Source of the DNA: Hyphochytrium catenoides
Taxonomy: Eukaryota; Protista; Hyphochytriomycota
Direction of reading: 5' to 3'
Length of the DNA stretch: 64,000 nucleotides
NCBI GenBank assembly: GCA_900088475.1
Contig: FLMG01001160.1
Span: 103,436 to 167,435 of the forward strand
The position numbers were made by a program, and so were the translations under genes. The stretch's first letter is position 1, and each line of letters begins with the position of its first letter. This document shows, in pieces, positions 23,701 through 36,000 of the stretch. The notes beneath the pieces are model-generated. The model saw nothing but the letters and a program-made list of their open reading frames with translations, searched no databases and was not told where the DNA came from.

Positions 23701-23937
23701 TCGACTCTGGGTGCTGGCGGCCACTACACCGTTGTAGTCTGGCTCTGGGTCATCATCTGGCACTTCCCGCTTGATCTGATCAAGTTTATCTCGAACTATA
23801 TCCTTCGCAACGGCTCAAAGACTTATGTTAACCGCACTGCTTTCAACTCAAGAATCACTAGCGGCCACCCCAGCATGTCTCACCGCAGCATCTCCAACCG
23901 CGAGAGAGCTATTCGCGCTAGTCGCACCGTACAATAA
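20737..23937 (+). CDS. PMA1: Plasma-membrane H+-ATPase (P3A), intronless, 1066 aa from ATG 20737
   Basis: FMWNPLSW, LTGES, GGIPVAMPTVLSVTMAIG, DKTGTLT, KGAPQ, DPPRHD, MVTGD, GDGVNDAPAL, ILNDGT (proton-acceptor Asp) and QVSISGQALIFVTR. Confidence 0.97.
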   Translation: MAAGGAETSQNYQSMKTPDEYTNAAGQVEWGNVPLEAALERLRASREGLSSGEADKRFAEFGPNKLPEEKVNPLMVFLGFMWNPLSWAMEVAAILAIILLDYPDFILIFCLLLLNACIGFFEEMQAGNAVAALMDQLAPESKVLRDGAWTNLPADRLVPGDVIRIRLGDVVPADLKLLEGDHVKIDQSSLTGESLPVTKTTGDEAYSGSVVKQGEIEAVVTETGVNTFLGRAASLMNDAETHGRLQQVLTTVGNFCLISIVLWCIIEIVVQFAVRKDQNSCRLVENGCEALQNILVPIVGGIPVAMPTVLSVTMAIGSTKLAKQSAIVTRLTAIEEMASMEILCSDKTGTLTLNQLTVDQDNLIPYNGFSTSQILYDGALAARTENNEPIDVCIHETCPEKDELWKKHTLLHYTPFDPTTKRTIAKIKNNETGVVFRTSKGAPQVILNMDVNADKLRADVEDKIDEFASRGYRALGVGRDDSGDVPLEECKWKMVGLLPLFDPPRHDTADTIKRAIDLGVMVKMVTGDQKAIAVETCRQLGMPTNILDTSFFNQAPPPGISLPDLIYNTDGFAQVFPEHKFEIVKQLQLRGHVVGMTGDGVNDAPALSQANIGIAVDDSTDAARAAADIVLVSPGLSVIIEAIRGSREIFQRMKNYAMYSIAMTVRIVFTFGLLTVIWNWYFPTILIVVLAILNDGTIMTIAKDNVKASPNPDSWKLNEVFFASINYGLFLMLSTVVLFYMVHDTQFFFDTSSNLENLCVDCNLNKCKQYPLLANAPIKLGIGRGECCYKDSGILKTEDCTVDLCRARIKAQIADYTTREFAKINKQSFDDLIEEAADWPEELTDMDRDISGEDQYKLFTALYLGDASDKDAATVVDPAQPIDERNTNGVSYCQYLWGYSNWYEPMTRNKEIIGPGIEVKEGYMRGLIYMQVSISGQALIFVTRTSGANTWFFADKPCNLLLIAFVIAQAVATVIGWIGFGGYPSPRLSTLGAGGHYTVVVWLWVIIWHFPLDLIKFISNYILRNGSKTYVNRTAFNSRITSGHPSMSHRSISNRERAIRASRTVQ

Positions 23938-24447
23938 GCTCGCACCTCTCATCAGGCGAGATGTACCTGTTAGCACGCGGAGATAAGCGCTGAGCAGTAT
24001 GTAGTAATACAGACTTGCGCAAAGTAAATTTATAGGAACTAATATATATCGGCCCAGCCCTGCGCCACTGAGATTAAGTCGTCATCTCTTAACCATCGTA
24101 TCCTTCTCATAGTATTGGTCTCGATGTAGATGGTTCCTAACGCCTCTGCCTTCCTGCTTCATTCACAACCTGAACATCTTAGCTATCGCTCGGCCTGCTG
24201 TCCTAATCGATCATTATAGCAATGTTAATGGGGGCAGTTCTCTCCTCGACTGGCACTTCCATTCTATTATCTCTTGTCCTCGTTGAGGGGCCATTTCTGC
24301 TCATGTATCATGTATCAGGAGGCAAACATTCTCATGGTATGTTGAATTTATATTTGATGCACAACTTATAAAAATAACTTAATAGTGTTCATAGGCTCAG
24401 GACCACCTGAGCAAGATATCTATAGTCTTGTCTGGGAGCAACAAATG

Positions 24448-25677
24448 CTAGAGACTTAAAGGCGATACGCTGTGGAAAATGAAGGATGTCACCGCCTTGT
24501 CTATGCTGGCACTCTTGATCATCTCCATACACACCTCAAAGTTCAGTGTCCGAGCTTCGTGATTGTTGATGGTGACCAAGATGTCTCCAGGACGCACCAG
24601 ATCGCGGCCGATATGACTTTGACAAGAGTCAGACACCTTTTTTACCATTGGAGCACCTTGTGGACCGGGAGTGAAGACGAGGCCTAGTTTCTCTGCCTTG
24701 TCCTGCCATAACACCGCGTAATATGTCGGACGCTGGGTTTGATCAGTTGTTCCCGAGGGCTTGACAGGCTCTAGTTCCGAGCGATTGACGTCCTCTGTTT
24801 CTGAGTCTATAGCTGGCATAGCTCGTAATAGCTTGCCTCCTGCCGTACGTCCGGGAGGCCGGGTAAATGTAAGAACAGCAGGTAGTGGGATGGTGGCCAG
24901 AGTTCGAGCTGTTGCCTCGAAATTGAAGAAAGTGGTGCTAACTCTATTTATGGCAGTGAGAATATCCCCAAGCTGTACACCAAGGTCCTCTGGGTGCCCG
25001 TTCTCTGTCAACTTGCTGACGTATGGTCGGTGGAGCTCCTCACTGTAGGTCAGCATGATACCTAACGGGCCACGAGTCCATTTGGCGTCGTAGGTCTCGC
25101 CTTCGGGCTCATTGTCAACGACTGTGAGCGCAACAGGCGCCCCAGGTACTGCTTGAGAAAGTTCCGTTGCAATGCTGTTCCGGGGCCGTTCAAGCTCAAC
25201 ATCCGGAGTTGTAGACACAAGCGACGACCGAGATTGGAGTTTGGTAGGAGAAGACTTTCCTCTACTTCGCACCATGGAAGCCCGAGGGCCTAGGTTGTCC
25301 ATAGAAAACTCTCCGGGGCCATTGGAGACTCTGCTTCGGAGTGAAGCCAATCTGTCATAGAGCTGATCACTGCTAGGTGCTCCTGCTTCCCGGGCCACGG
25401 TGGGAGGCAACCCCATCGTCGGAGGATAGAATGCCTGCAGACTACTCTCATCGGTTGACGAGGGCGATGACGTATTGCTTGAGGCTGTGGATGATGCATT
25501 CGAAGAAGCCGTTCTCTTGAAAAAGGCCTTGAAGCTCTTATTCCTGCGGTGAAAAGCTTCTTGCACTGCGCTAAGACTTGGCTCCGTGACTTGGTCAGCT
25601 GTCTCGGAGCCGCCTTCAGCTAGGGCCTCTTCATGCAGAGCCATGGGTACATTACTTGTAGTTGATGTTTCGGACAT
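24448..25677 (-). CDS. Protein with Ser-rich N-terminus and two PDZ-like domains, intronless
   Basis: GPLGIML...YVSKL...VQLGDILTAINRVS...LPAVLTFTRP and KLGLVF...PMVKKV...VRPGDILVTINNHE. 409-aa ORF. Confidence 0.8.
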   Translation of the reverse strand: MSETSTTSNVPMALHEEALAEGGSETADQVTEPSLSAVQEAFHRRNKSFKAFFKRTASSNASSTASSNTSSPSSTDESSLQAFYPPTMGLPPTVAREAGAPSSDQLYDRLASLRSRVSNGPGEFSMDNLGPRASMVRSRGKSSPTKLQSRSSLVSTTPDVELERPRNSIATELSQAVPGAPVALTVVDNEPEGETYDAKWTRGPLGIMLTYSEELHRPYVSKLTENGHPEDLGVQLGDILTAINRVSTTFFNFEATARTLATIPLPAVLTFTRPPGRTAGGKLLRAMPAIDSETEDVNRSELEPVKPSGTTDQTQRPTYYAVLWQDKAEKLGLVFTPGPQGAPMVKKVSDSCQSHIGRDLVRPGDILVTINNHEARTLNFEVCMEMIKSASIDKAVTSFIFHSVSPLSL

Positions 25678-28600
25678 GACGACTGGTCTCTCTGGTCAAG
25701 ACTGGGCAACCGGATATCTGAGGTGAGTCCAGGAGGGAACCGCTTGCGTCCGTTTGGTTTAGAATCTCTCTTTTGCTCTCTTTTTCTCTGTCTCAGTCTC
25801 TCTAGTTTTTGCCACTGCAGGTAGCAGCGCATCCAATCGACCCCCACTGGCATTCATGCTCATTGTCTTCTCCCTGCCGCGGTCTTACTTCGCCTGGCAC
25901 GGGTTCTAATCCCTAACAGAAGACCAGCTCTGTTGACGTCAACTCAGCTTAGTTTCACTTCATTCCTGCCTTCCCTCTGTCTCTCTCTCCACAGTCCCTC
26001 TCTCTCGCTACTTCCTGTCTTTCCTTCACTTTCCTCCTTGTCGGCACCTCCTCTCCACCTCCATCCTCCCCCACTCTGTCCCACGTCTGCCTTCACTTTC
26101 CTCCTGCCCCTCCCTCTTTCCTATCATCTCAGAAGAGCTGGACCTCTACCACGTCCGTTGCTGCCCTCTCATCGTGTCCTTTACCCTGCAAATGATAGCA
26201 CGCGTCTGAAGAGAGAGACTTCGTCAGGAGAGAGACAGAACGGTTACTCTGGGGCTATCGGGCATGAGGTCATGGCAAAAGAGTTGATGGGGCTTCTTCC
26301 TCCTCTTCTGTGATGTGCTGTCATCCTTCCTGATGGTGCTTCGACACTATATCTCTCTTCTTTCTTCCTTCCTCTTTCCCTCTCTCGTTATTCCTCTTCT
26401 TCTTTCTCTATGGTCCATTACCTATAGTAATGCTTTCCATCTCGCTGCCTCGCGTCTCTCTGTCTCACTACATACATACCTCTCAAGGGCTCTGTCTAAA
26501 ACGCTTCCCGAAGAGACACAAAGACGCGTGTTCAAGGAGACGTAAGAGGAAAGGAGGGAGGAGGACTTTACATCCAGGTCAAACCACACCACAGATGGAG
26601 AGAGGCTCGTATTACCACTCCAGAGATTAAGCCATAATAATAGGAGTTTATAATAGTAATGCCGTAGGACGTTAACTCACCTTCTCAGGGCTTTGATTGT
26701 GGATGGGGCTGCCGTAAATCTTGCATGAAAGTAACGTAAAGCTTCGTGTCATGCTAACTATATAGATTGGTGAAATGTTTCCACAAGTAGAGGTCCTGTT
26801 TGTTTCGTTTCAAAGTGGTGGTTGACCACCTGTAGGCCCTCTTGACCTATTTTGCCTAATATTTGTACAGTAGTAGTTCTACCATTCTAACTTTCTAGAT
26901 TCTCCAACAAGATCGCAAAGCTTTTTTAGGATCCCTTTTCTGTAGCCCAAAAAACTTGAAATCTATACAATGAGTTTGGGGGTTTATATTTGCTTACGGC
27001 ACAAAATCAACCATATCAACGTTAGTTTGACGAGAAAAGACCTTCTTCTCGGTAACCTGGGGTTACTATCGTCCTATATCGGACCCTCATGTTGTTATCA
27101 TTTATACAAGAGTAAACTTCAGATATCTCTTTCTTTGTACAGGTGAGGTGGCCTTTATTACTCGAAAAAATTTTTAAGGAGTGACTAGTAGTTTCTTTGT
27201 TTTATAGAGGCCTTATTATTGGTCGGAGGGTGGCTCTTTGAGGAAAAGAAAGGGACGAAGAAGTGATCTGATGCCCTTCGCAGAGTCACAAGTTGCATGA
27301 CAGGAACGCAGCACTGTTGATGGAGGCGGCATGATGATGTTGAGTGATGCTACGCCCACGCTCCTCATACAATGGTATCTGGTTCAGAGTCCACGGAGCC
27401 GGGTAACCCATCTTCAACTTTGGTGCACAAGGAGCTCAAGTGCAAACAGCATTCTATACTTTCCAAATAGCACTGTGGACCGTCGACGAGGGATCTCACA
27501 TCCAGTGTAAAGACTGCACTACCAGGAAGGGCCGCCGACTCACTCGATAAGCATTCCAAGAGGGTCATGCGCCATGGAGAAAGGGTGACCTTTGTAGACC
27601 GATGGTGCAGCATGAGCAGTGACTGTCTGCTTTTCCCACCCGTCCAACGCTTTTGATGCTATGCTTCCTGTTACCGCCTACTACCTCCAGTGAGTGTTGT
27701 GGTACGTTTAGAGCTTGGTTGTTGCCCTTACGTGGCCCTTGCATGTGGGTCAAGATATGCATTCTTTATATCTTCTTCCTATCCTTTCTCTCCCTTCAAA
27801 CCTTGGGAGAGTATATTGCTTGGGGCGGTGGCACGTTGATTGACAGATGCCTTTGAAGGTAACCAGGAAGTACTTTATTGAATAGTTGTCTAGCAGTGGT
27901 ATCAGGATCTACATTATGGAAGTACCTGATTGGCATCGATGAAGCCGATGAGCACACCTTCAGGAAAAAGAACTGATCCTTTCTGATCATGAAGATCATT
28001 AGTGGCCTCGATATCTGATCCTTTTTAAGGAAATCTACGCTTCCTGATGGCTGCGGAGCGCCATGCTCTTCATACACTCCCTCCCTTTTTGCCTGGCCAG
28101 TGCTTGTTCAGACTCAATTCAAACTTCTCGTTAGGGCAAAATATGCTGGTTTGGACTGCGAGAACTTTCTTCTAATTGTTTCATCCGTCGCTGATCAGTC
28201 TGGAAAGAATGAAGACCCGATCTTCTCTCAATGACATATATACTGGCACAGACTGCCATGGTGATAAGTCGTGTTCGTTAGGAGCCTCATTAAGAGTGAA
28301 ATAGATTAGTCCTTATAGGAAGGTGCTGACGGGCTTCTTTAGACGAACATCAGCAGTTTTGGACTGCGAGGAGGTTTCCTTCCTGTGGTTACCTTCACCA
28401 CTCCTTCCACTACATAAATCCACCTGCAGGTAGGCAAAGATGTGAAGAACAGAAGACCTTCCCTTGGTAAGAAGTGTAGTAGAGACTAACAACGGCGATG
28501 ATGAGCCGCGTTCCTCAGAAGTCTAAATAGTGAACTAGGAAGAAGCAAGCAATGGTGTGCGATGATCACCAATCAGTTGCTGGCCCAAGAGTTAGCTCAT

Positions 28601-28990
28601 ACATATATGCCGCTCATTGTCAGCCGCACACCATCGCGAACCGACACATTGGTTCCAAACTCCAGACGATGTCTATAGCGGCTAACGTGCGAGCGGGTTG
28701 TAACGCCCCATTCTGATGGTTATGGGAGATGATCAGTGTGGCGATGTAAGGATGATGATCAGAAAGTGGAACCTGAACATCTACTATTGCCGCGTGTTCT
28801 CTTCCACGCGCCTTATACCTACTGTGTCCTGCTTCATGCTGCATCTCTCTACCGTTCCCTAGTTCTAGCCCGTAGGCAACATCACATAGACCTCCACGCA
28901 GCATTCGCCTATTGGCTTTCTTTCACTTCATTGTTTCCCATCACGTCGCCGACTTGGACATACCGCAACAACAGCCCCTTAAAGAAAGTG

Positions 28991-30867
28991 ATGTCGCTAT
29001 CCGTAGCAATACCACCACCTCCCCCTCGGCACGTTGGAGCCCCTCCTAGGGAGTCGATGACAGATGCGGAGCTTCTGAAGCTCATCTTGAACGCTAGAGT
29101 CTACGATGTTGCAATAGAGACCCCGCTTACCTTCGCCAAGAATTTGAGCGCTAAGCTTAATAACAAGATTTACTTGAAACGGGAGGACCTCCAGCCCGTC
29201 TTTAGCTTCAAGTGTCGTGGAGCCTTCAATAAACTAGTGAGCTTAACTTCTGAGGAACGAGCACGAGGCGTCATTTGTGCCAGTGCAGGTCAGTGGGACG
29301 TAGGCCCCAGCATTGAGTTATCGATGGTGACCTTCTTGTTTCTTCCTTATATCAGGCAACCATGCGCAGGGAGTGGCCCTGGCAGGAAAGACCTTGGGCA
29401 TAAGGGCAATCATAGTTATGCCAAAGGGAACACCAGCTATCAAGGTTAACGGAGTTCTGATGCACGGGGGAGAGGTCATTCTGCACGGCAATGATTTCGA
29501 TGAGGCCAAAGCTGAGTGCCTTCGTCTTGCGAAGGAGGGAAACTTCACCTTCATTCCGCCCTTCGACGATCCCCTAGTTATTGCCGGACAAGGCACATGT
29601 GGAATTGAGATTCTGAAGCAGATCAAGCATGATAGACTTGACGGGGTCTTTGCTCCGGTCGGAGGCGGGGGCCTCCTGGCTGGTGTAGCTGCCTACATTA
29701 AGCAAGTCAAGCCCGATGTACGATTAATGGGAGTAAACACTGTGGATTCTGATGGGATGGNNNNNNNNNNNNNNNNNNNNNNNNNNNNNNNNNNNNNNNN
29801 NNNNNNNNNNNNNNTCTGCGCTGCTATAAAGGATGTCTTCAACGACACACGGAGTATACTAGAGCCTGCTGGAGCCCTTAGTGTGGCTGGACTAAAGAGG
29901 TACGACTCCCTATAGACCGTTCTTGATCTCTTTAACCTGAGCGCCCTTGATCTCTATCAAGAACGATGCTTGATGCACTCGCTCAGTTAGTCTATCACCA
30001 ATTTTGAAGGGTGCTTTACTGGGAAACTGCATGCTAAGTGCCGCTAATAATCCTAGGTATCTGGCGTCCAATCCGCACATCAAGGACAGTGTCTTCGTGG
30101 CTATCACTAGCGGGGCCAACATGAACTTTGATCGTCTCAGATTCGTCGCCGATCGAGCTAGAATAGGGGAAGGATGCGAGGGACTTATCGTTGCGTCTAT
30201 TCCGGAAAGACGGGGAAGGTGAGCATGTTTCCTGTCCAGCCGAAATGTGAGCTGTCTCTTGTATAAACTGAGCTGACGGTCTTCCTCCAGCTTCTTTTCC
30301 AATCTCTACTCCGTAGTCTATCCTAGGAACATTACAGAGATCTCGTATCGATCCTCAAACCAGGATAAGGCATACGTCTGCATTGGCTTCGAGGTTACCC
30401 AGGGCAGAGCCGAGGTGCAGGAAGTGGTTCAGCAGCTTGAGCAGAAGCAGAGCATCAAGGCACTTGACATCACAGAGAATGAGATGGCAAAGACTCACAT
30501 ACGGTTCTTAGGGGGAGGACGAGCTCTGGTAAGCGACTATTTGCGCTAGGTTCCTGGCACAGAGCGTACGGCCTGACCTTCATCTCCTCTGGAACGACAG
30601 ATAAAAAATGAGCATTTGGTTCGTTTCACCTTTCCAGAGAGACCAGGCGCATTGGGAGACTTTCTTAAGAAGATTCCCAAGGAATGGTCCATAACACTCA
30701 TTCACTATCGAAACCAGGGCGGAGACGTCGGCCGCGTACTTATGGGCTTCCAGTTGGAGGACGGTGATGAAGGAAGACTATCTACTTTTCTAGAGACTAT
30801 CAAGCTTCCTTATGTCGATGAGACAAACAATGAGGTGAACGATTTCTTTCTTAGGAGCAAGCTATGA
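28991..30867 (+). CDS. ilvA: Biosynthetic threonine dehydratase with C-terminal ACT-like regulatory domains (multi-exon)
   Basis: [16 protein letters not shown] (PLP Lys), ASAG|[49 protein letters not shown] and HYRNQG. N gap at 29761-29814 removes part of the CDS. Confidence 0.95.
29761..29814. other. Assembly gap (N) inside the ilvA CDS; other gaps at 7285-7320, 31407-31471, 42118-42175, 44479-44486 and 56385-56425
   Basis: Runs of n in the sequence. Confidence 0.99.
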
Positions 30868-31858
30868 AGCCAACCAGGCGCAGCAGCCAGTGAACTCTCA
30901 GATATTTGCTTCCCATGTGTTGTCTTTTTCCGTGGCCTGGACTGACAGGAGTGATGGCCTGGTCTCTTCTAGAGGCTAAAGTGGTGTCAGCCCAAGATGA
31001 GAGATATTTTTAATGAGAGCACCTCATGCGGTCCTGCAGTCTGGACTTTCCCAACAGGGAATTGTCTAAGGCTTTCTGAACGTCTGAGGTTTCCTGCCCA
31101 GTTTTAAGGTCTTCATGCAGACCATGTGTTCTCAGAGTAAGATGAGCCGAGGGCGGATTATGCTTTGTACGGCAACCATCTGAAGCTGCACTACATCGCT
31201 AACGATCTATCGCGGGAGGAGGAGTAGGACTAGAGCCTGATGACATGGCTTCTTATACTAGTTCCTTATGTGTTAGCTATCTCCACTAGCAGTTAACCAC
31301 ATGACCAGGACTGTCTTTCATCGTTGAACTAGTTTGCTGCCTGGGGTAGAGATCAATCTCATGCAAGGAGACAGGCAAGATTGACTGTGTGTTGGACGTC
31401 GTAAGCNNNNNNNNNNNNNNNNNNNNNNNNNNNNNNNNNNNNNNNNNNNNNNNNNNNNNNNNNNNNNNNNNAAACAAGGAAATGTATGATGAGGGTGACA
31501 ATCACTCCTTGTCGCACACTCTGACTTTTGACAATAACTCTCTTCTCGTTCTGTCATCTCTCCTTCTCTCTGTCTCTCCGTTTTGTCCGTCTTTAACGGT
31601 CTAGAGTTACCTCTCTCTCGCGCTCGCTCTCGCAACCTGATCTCTCCTGCTATATCTTTGTAGTTTCCATTCTCAGCATAGAGAGAAGCTTGTAACATCT
31701 TTCACGGGCAAACCTCAGCTCCTCCTTCTCATCTCCTGAGCTGTTCTTGCCTTCTTATCACGATCACACTTCTCTTTTTATAACATAGAGCACGCATGGA
31801 CTGAATGAGCAGAGAGAGCGTTAGCTCCTAGTATCAGTCACTAACAGGTTGAGGCGAG

Positions 31859-32530
31859 ATGAAGGCGAAGACGTGGAGTACCTCAGCACCGAAGTCGCTT
31901 GAGACTCTTAGGCGTCAAACAATAGAGCGTCTTCAGAGAGCAGGAGCCGCGGGAGAGCTGCATGATGTGATAGTGGTGGACAGAATTAAGCTTGCAAGCT
32001 CCGCGACATCAGCCGAGCAGCTTGAGTTTCTTATTCATGACCTCCATGATAATGGACAAGGAGATATGCACAGGGCCGTGACGGCTGTCCCGGTTGACGA
32101 AGAGGATGCTTCGACCGCGACTGCAACCTACGCCGCAGCCATTCCTATCTCGGCACCTAGCCAGAACTCCATACGGGAGCAAACCCACGCTAGAGATAAC
32201 GCTACGGCTCAGGTGCACTTCTCACTAATGGGAGGAGTAACAAGAAGTGGCAGGTTCCTGTTGCCTAGGAAGATGGTAGTATGCTCTCTCATCGGTGAGA
32301 CGAAGCTTGACTTACGGGACGCAACTTTTCATTCCGGAGTTTCCGAGCTTGTCGTGTGCACGATCATTGGCAGCACAACGGTACGGCTGCCGCCTTATGT
32401 GAAGGTAGTCACCTCGGGCTTCACGGTGCTTGGCGGCACAAAGTGTCTGAAGGATGATGCCCCTGATGAGGCTGAGTACGTGCTGAAGGTGGTGAAGGTG
32501 GGGTTACTAGGCGATTTCAACATCACGTGA
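31859..32530 (+). CDS. DUF1707 (SHOCT-like) plus LiaF-C/DUF2154-like beta-rich domain protein, intronless
   Basis: N-terminal RRQTIERLQRAGAAGEL...DRIKLASSATSAEQLEFLIHDL resembles DUF1707. C-terminal FSLMGGVTRSGRF...GETKLDLRDATF...GSTTVRLPPYVKV...LGG...GLLGDFNI resembles the C-terminal domain of bacterial DUF1707 proteins. Recognised from memory of the family, not by search. Confidence 0.8.
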   Translation: MKAKTWSTSAPKSLETLRRQTIERLQRAGAAGELHDVIVVDRIKLASSATSAEQLEFLIHDLHDNGQGDMHRAVTAVPVDEEDASTATATYAAAIPISAPSQNSIREQTHARDNATAQVHFSLMGGVTRSGRFLLPRKMVVCSLIGETKLDLRDATFHSGVSELVVCTIIGSTTVRLPPYVKVVTSGFTVLGGTKCLKDDAPDEAEYVLKVVKVGLLGDFNIT

Positions 32531-33093
32531 CAAGCAAGGAAAAGCTGGACGTCAGGGCGATAGAGACTCTAGACCAAAGTGAGAGGAGAGCTCCCTTATA
32601 TATAGAGTGTGCAATAGACTGCAATCTGACTACAGGTTCAATCTATCATTGAAGCTCCAAGCTTGCGTCATCTCATGGGGTCTCTTTATCCTCCCTCCTT
32701 TCTTAGATCATTATCACTCTTTCTACTTCTTCTGTCGCGATGTGCAAATCTCTTAAACCCAGCTCACAGTGAATAAGGGGCATGAACCTCTCTCTCTCTC
32801 TCTCTACCTCCTCTCTCTATCTCTAGCACATTCTCTCCGTTCTCTGTCCTTCTCATTGTACAAGGGTTACCCAGCGAACATGTATGACAGAGCTTCAGGA
32901 AGTCTCTACAGGTTTCTGCATTATCAAAAGCTGGGAGAGTTCTCGGAGTTGCCCTTGGTGTCTTGCTCTCATTGGCCCCCTCAACTCTTTCGAGTCTCTA
33001 GGATTTCCTAACTCTTACGGAGCAATATGATACATAGTGGGGAGGGCCATCCCCTCAACGATTTGTGCGTCGCCTTGTTCTAACTCTCAAACG

Positions 33094-36000
33094 TTATGCA
33101 TCAGATTCTTCGTAGCTTTTCTCTTTAGCTGCTCTCTCGCGGGACAAGGAAGATATCCGGCTCTTGACTTTGCCCAACCAACTAACAGTGGACGAGCTAT
33201 TCTCTTCAGATACACATATTCTTGCTTCTGCTTCTACGGTGGGCATATCTGCTGATATTGCGTAGCCGTAATCACTTTCTTCTGGGCCATACTGCTCCTG
33301 TGGCAAGAGAAGCAGGGTTTAAAGTTCATTCGACTGTTCCTTTGCCTCATGACGGCTACCTGCACGATCTCCGCCAAAGGAGCTCCTTTCACAGAGCTGG
33401 CTCCCGTAATCATCGGATCTAAGCAAGAATGGGCTGGATCTTTGACTGCCTGTAACAGCCGAAGCCCGCAGTGTTAGTCACGCCAGACTTCACTAGGAAA
33501 GACGGTCAAGGAGGAGTAATTCACAAGTCCGATGCCCAAAAATTAGGGCTAAGGAACAGCATCTAAGAGACGGATCACACTCCAAGGAGATCGACTGCAA
33601 AGATGTACCTCTTGAATAATATGATGGAGCTTCGGTTGGAACTCTCTAACAGCGCATTTGTAGGCGTAATCCTTCAATAGGGTGAGGAAAGGAACCAAGA
33701 CGAGCGCCATCCAGAAAGTGGGAGACATCACAAGCAAGGGAAAGATGTTGAACCTGAAAGGAGGTTCACGCCTTAGCAAGTTACGGAGAGCGCTTGACCA
33801 GCTGCCCAAAACTGACTTCCTTCAGTCCGATTTAAGGGTAATCACCCTACCCCACTTGCTCTCATCAACTCAACTCCATTACTCCCTCTAGTCTTTCTTC
33901 TGCTCAAAGCTCCCTTCTCGCTCTTTAAAAGTCTGCTCAATCTCTTGCTCTTCTACTTCTTACCAGTCCAGATCCCAAGCCGGTGTATTGCTGAGAATGA
34001 AGGCTGTGCCGAACCAAAGCAAGACCGACATAATGATAAGGGAAATCTCCATAATGGTCCAGCGGTGCTGGTACAGAGCAATCTGGACAGAGACAGAGGA
34101 AAAGCCACTCAGATGTGCCGGACGCGAAAGGCCCATAAAAGAAAGAAGAAGAACATTGGTTAACAGAGCCCTTGTGGATAAACGTGAATAGATTGGCGAA
34201 AGGACTGGCCTCGAGGGGTTTTTGGTCACGCCCGAGGAGTCATGGCCAAGAAAGGGCATGAGTACCCGATAAGAAGCGCAGACGACCAGTCATCGAGCGC
34301 GCGGCGCATAAGATCGGGATCCGTTTTGCAGGAAGCGGAATGTATGGCTTTAGCAGAGGAAATCTATGAAAGTGGAAATTCACCTTGCAATTGACTACAA
34401 TGATCACCATGGTGAAGGCCAAAGCTCCGTACTCCCACATGCCCAGCAGATGTCCATCACCCAGGCTTGCCCTTAGGGCAAACACTGCAACCATAAGAAC
34501 AAGGGCGGACTCAAAGAGAGCACCGCTGATCCATCCCCAGAACACCCTACGTTTTGAGAGCACGAGGAGTAAAGATAATGATTGAGATTAGGGGTTCGAA
34601 CCTAAAACACTCAGGTTTCGGCCCGGTCATGCAAAGGAGACAGGACCAGAGTTCAGACTAACAGAAAGCAGATGTAGAAGGTTAGAGTAAGCAGCCAAAG
34701 TATTTTGAGGACAGAAGGCTTAGATATATTGAGTTGTGACAAAGTCTATTGTATGAGAGGTCTGAAGCGCGCTCTTACCAGCGCGTGAAGAACTCATTCC
34801 GTATCCCTGGGGTGTAGAGCTTTGGAAACAGCTCGCAGGCAAAGGCAGGAAGGTCCTGAGAAGTGGCGACGGAGATTGAAGAGGTAGGGCAAACCAGTTT
34901 AAGAGACCAACGAAAGGACGGATGAATGTCACCAAAGGGGCAAAGAGGCTATTAGTCTCCAATTGTACTTGTGGCAAAGTGCTTCTCAGGCGGTACTCAC
35001 CTCATCTAGCACTCCGAGTGTAAGGATGGGCAGGGCCGTGTAAAGAGTGTTATAGAGATTCACCGCTGTCTCGTTGTAGAATTTCTGTCCCGACATCCCA
35101 TTGTACCAGGAGTACCAAAACTGTGTCATCACCTGAGAAATAGTGCCCGTCGACACAAAGAAAAAGCGGGCATGATCACCATTAGCATCTAGCTGCACGA
35201 CGCGATCATTGAACTTTATAACTAGAGCCATGGCAGACTCCCTTGCGGCTAGTGGTGGTACACTGGGGCCCAGACTCTGATCAAAGGAAGCAAAGGAAGT
35301 TTGAAGCTTTCAAGCGTTTCCACTTTCACAGGTGGACGTAAAGAGATAGGGGATGAGTAGGGCACCTGTCTTCAAGAAGACGACTACCAAAGCCGATATC
35401 CCTACCAGTAAGATGTTCTTATAAAAGATGTACGGGACCAACGTAGCAAGTCGGCGATAGTTCCATCGCCCGTGCACGAGTAACAGGCGACGGAGGAAAC
35501 GAAATTGTGCGACAGAGAAGTCACTAGAGTTCGCCGCCTGGGCAAACAAAGTCAGCCACCGGGGTGTACCGTTGCCCGTCGAAGACAAAGGGAAGTGGAG
35601 AAACAGAAATGAAGGAAAGTAAGGAATACAGGAGCTACGGCTCTAATAATCTGGAGCTTCTAGGGTAGCAAGAAAGGGAATAAGGACAGGAACGCTACGG
35701 CATCATGGCAAGAGCTCGTCCCACCTGCAGCCCTTCATGGCCGCTTATCCCTACGCCAATGTGGGCCACTTGAATCATAGGGACATCATTTGCCCCGTCT
35801 CCAACGGCAAGAGTGCGACCTGGGCCCTTCTTACTCAACTGAGCCAAGTGAAACGCGAAGAGAATTGAGCGAGATGCAGAGGGAGCGTTGCTGCAGGGCA
35901 CCGAGAAAACACTCCGGGGAGCAAGACACGAAGAAAGTTTGAAAAAGTACCCTAGAACAGTATTAGGGAGACAAGAGCTAGATAGAGGACAGTGAACTGA

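Noticed and set aside
20772-23763. Long antisense ORFs opposite PMA1
   Set aside because: Shadow ORFs expected from strong codon bias of the sense gene.
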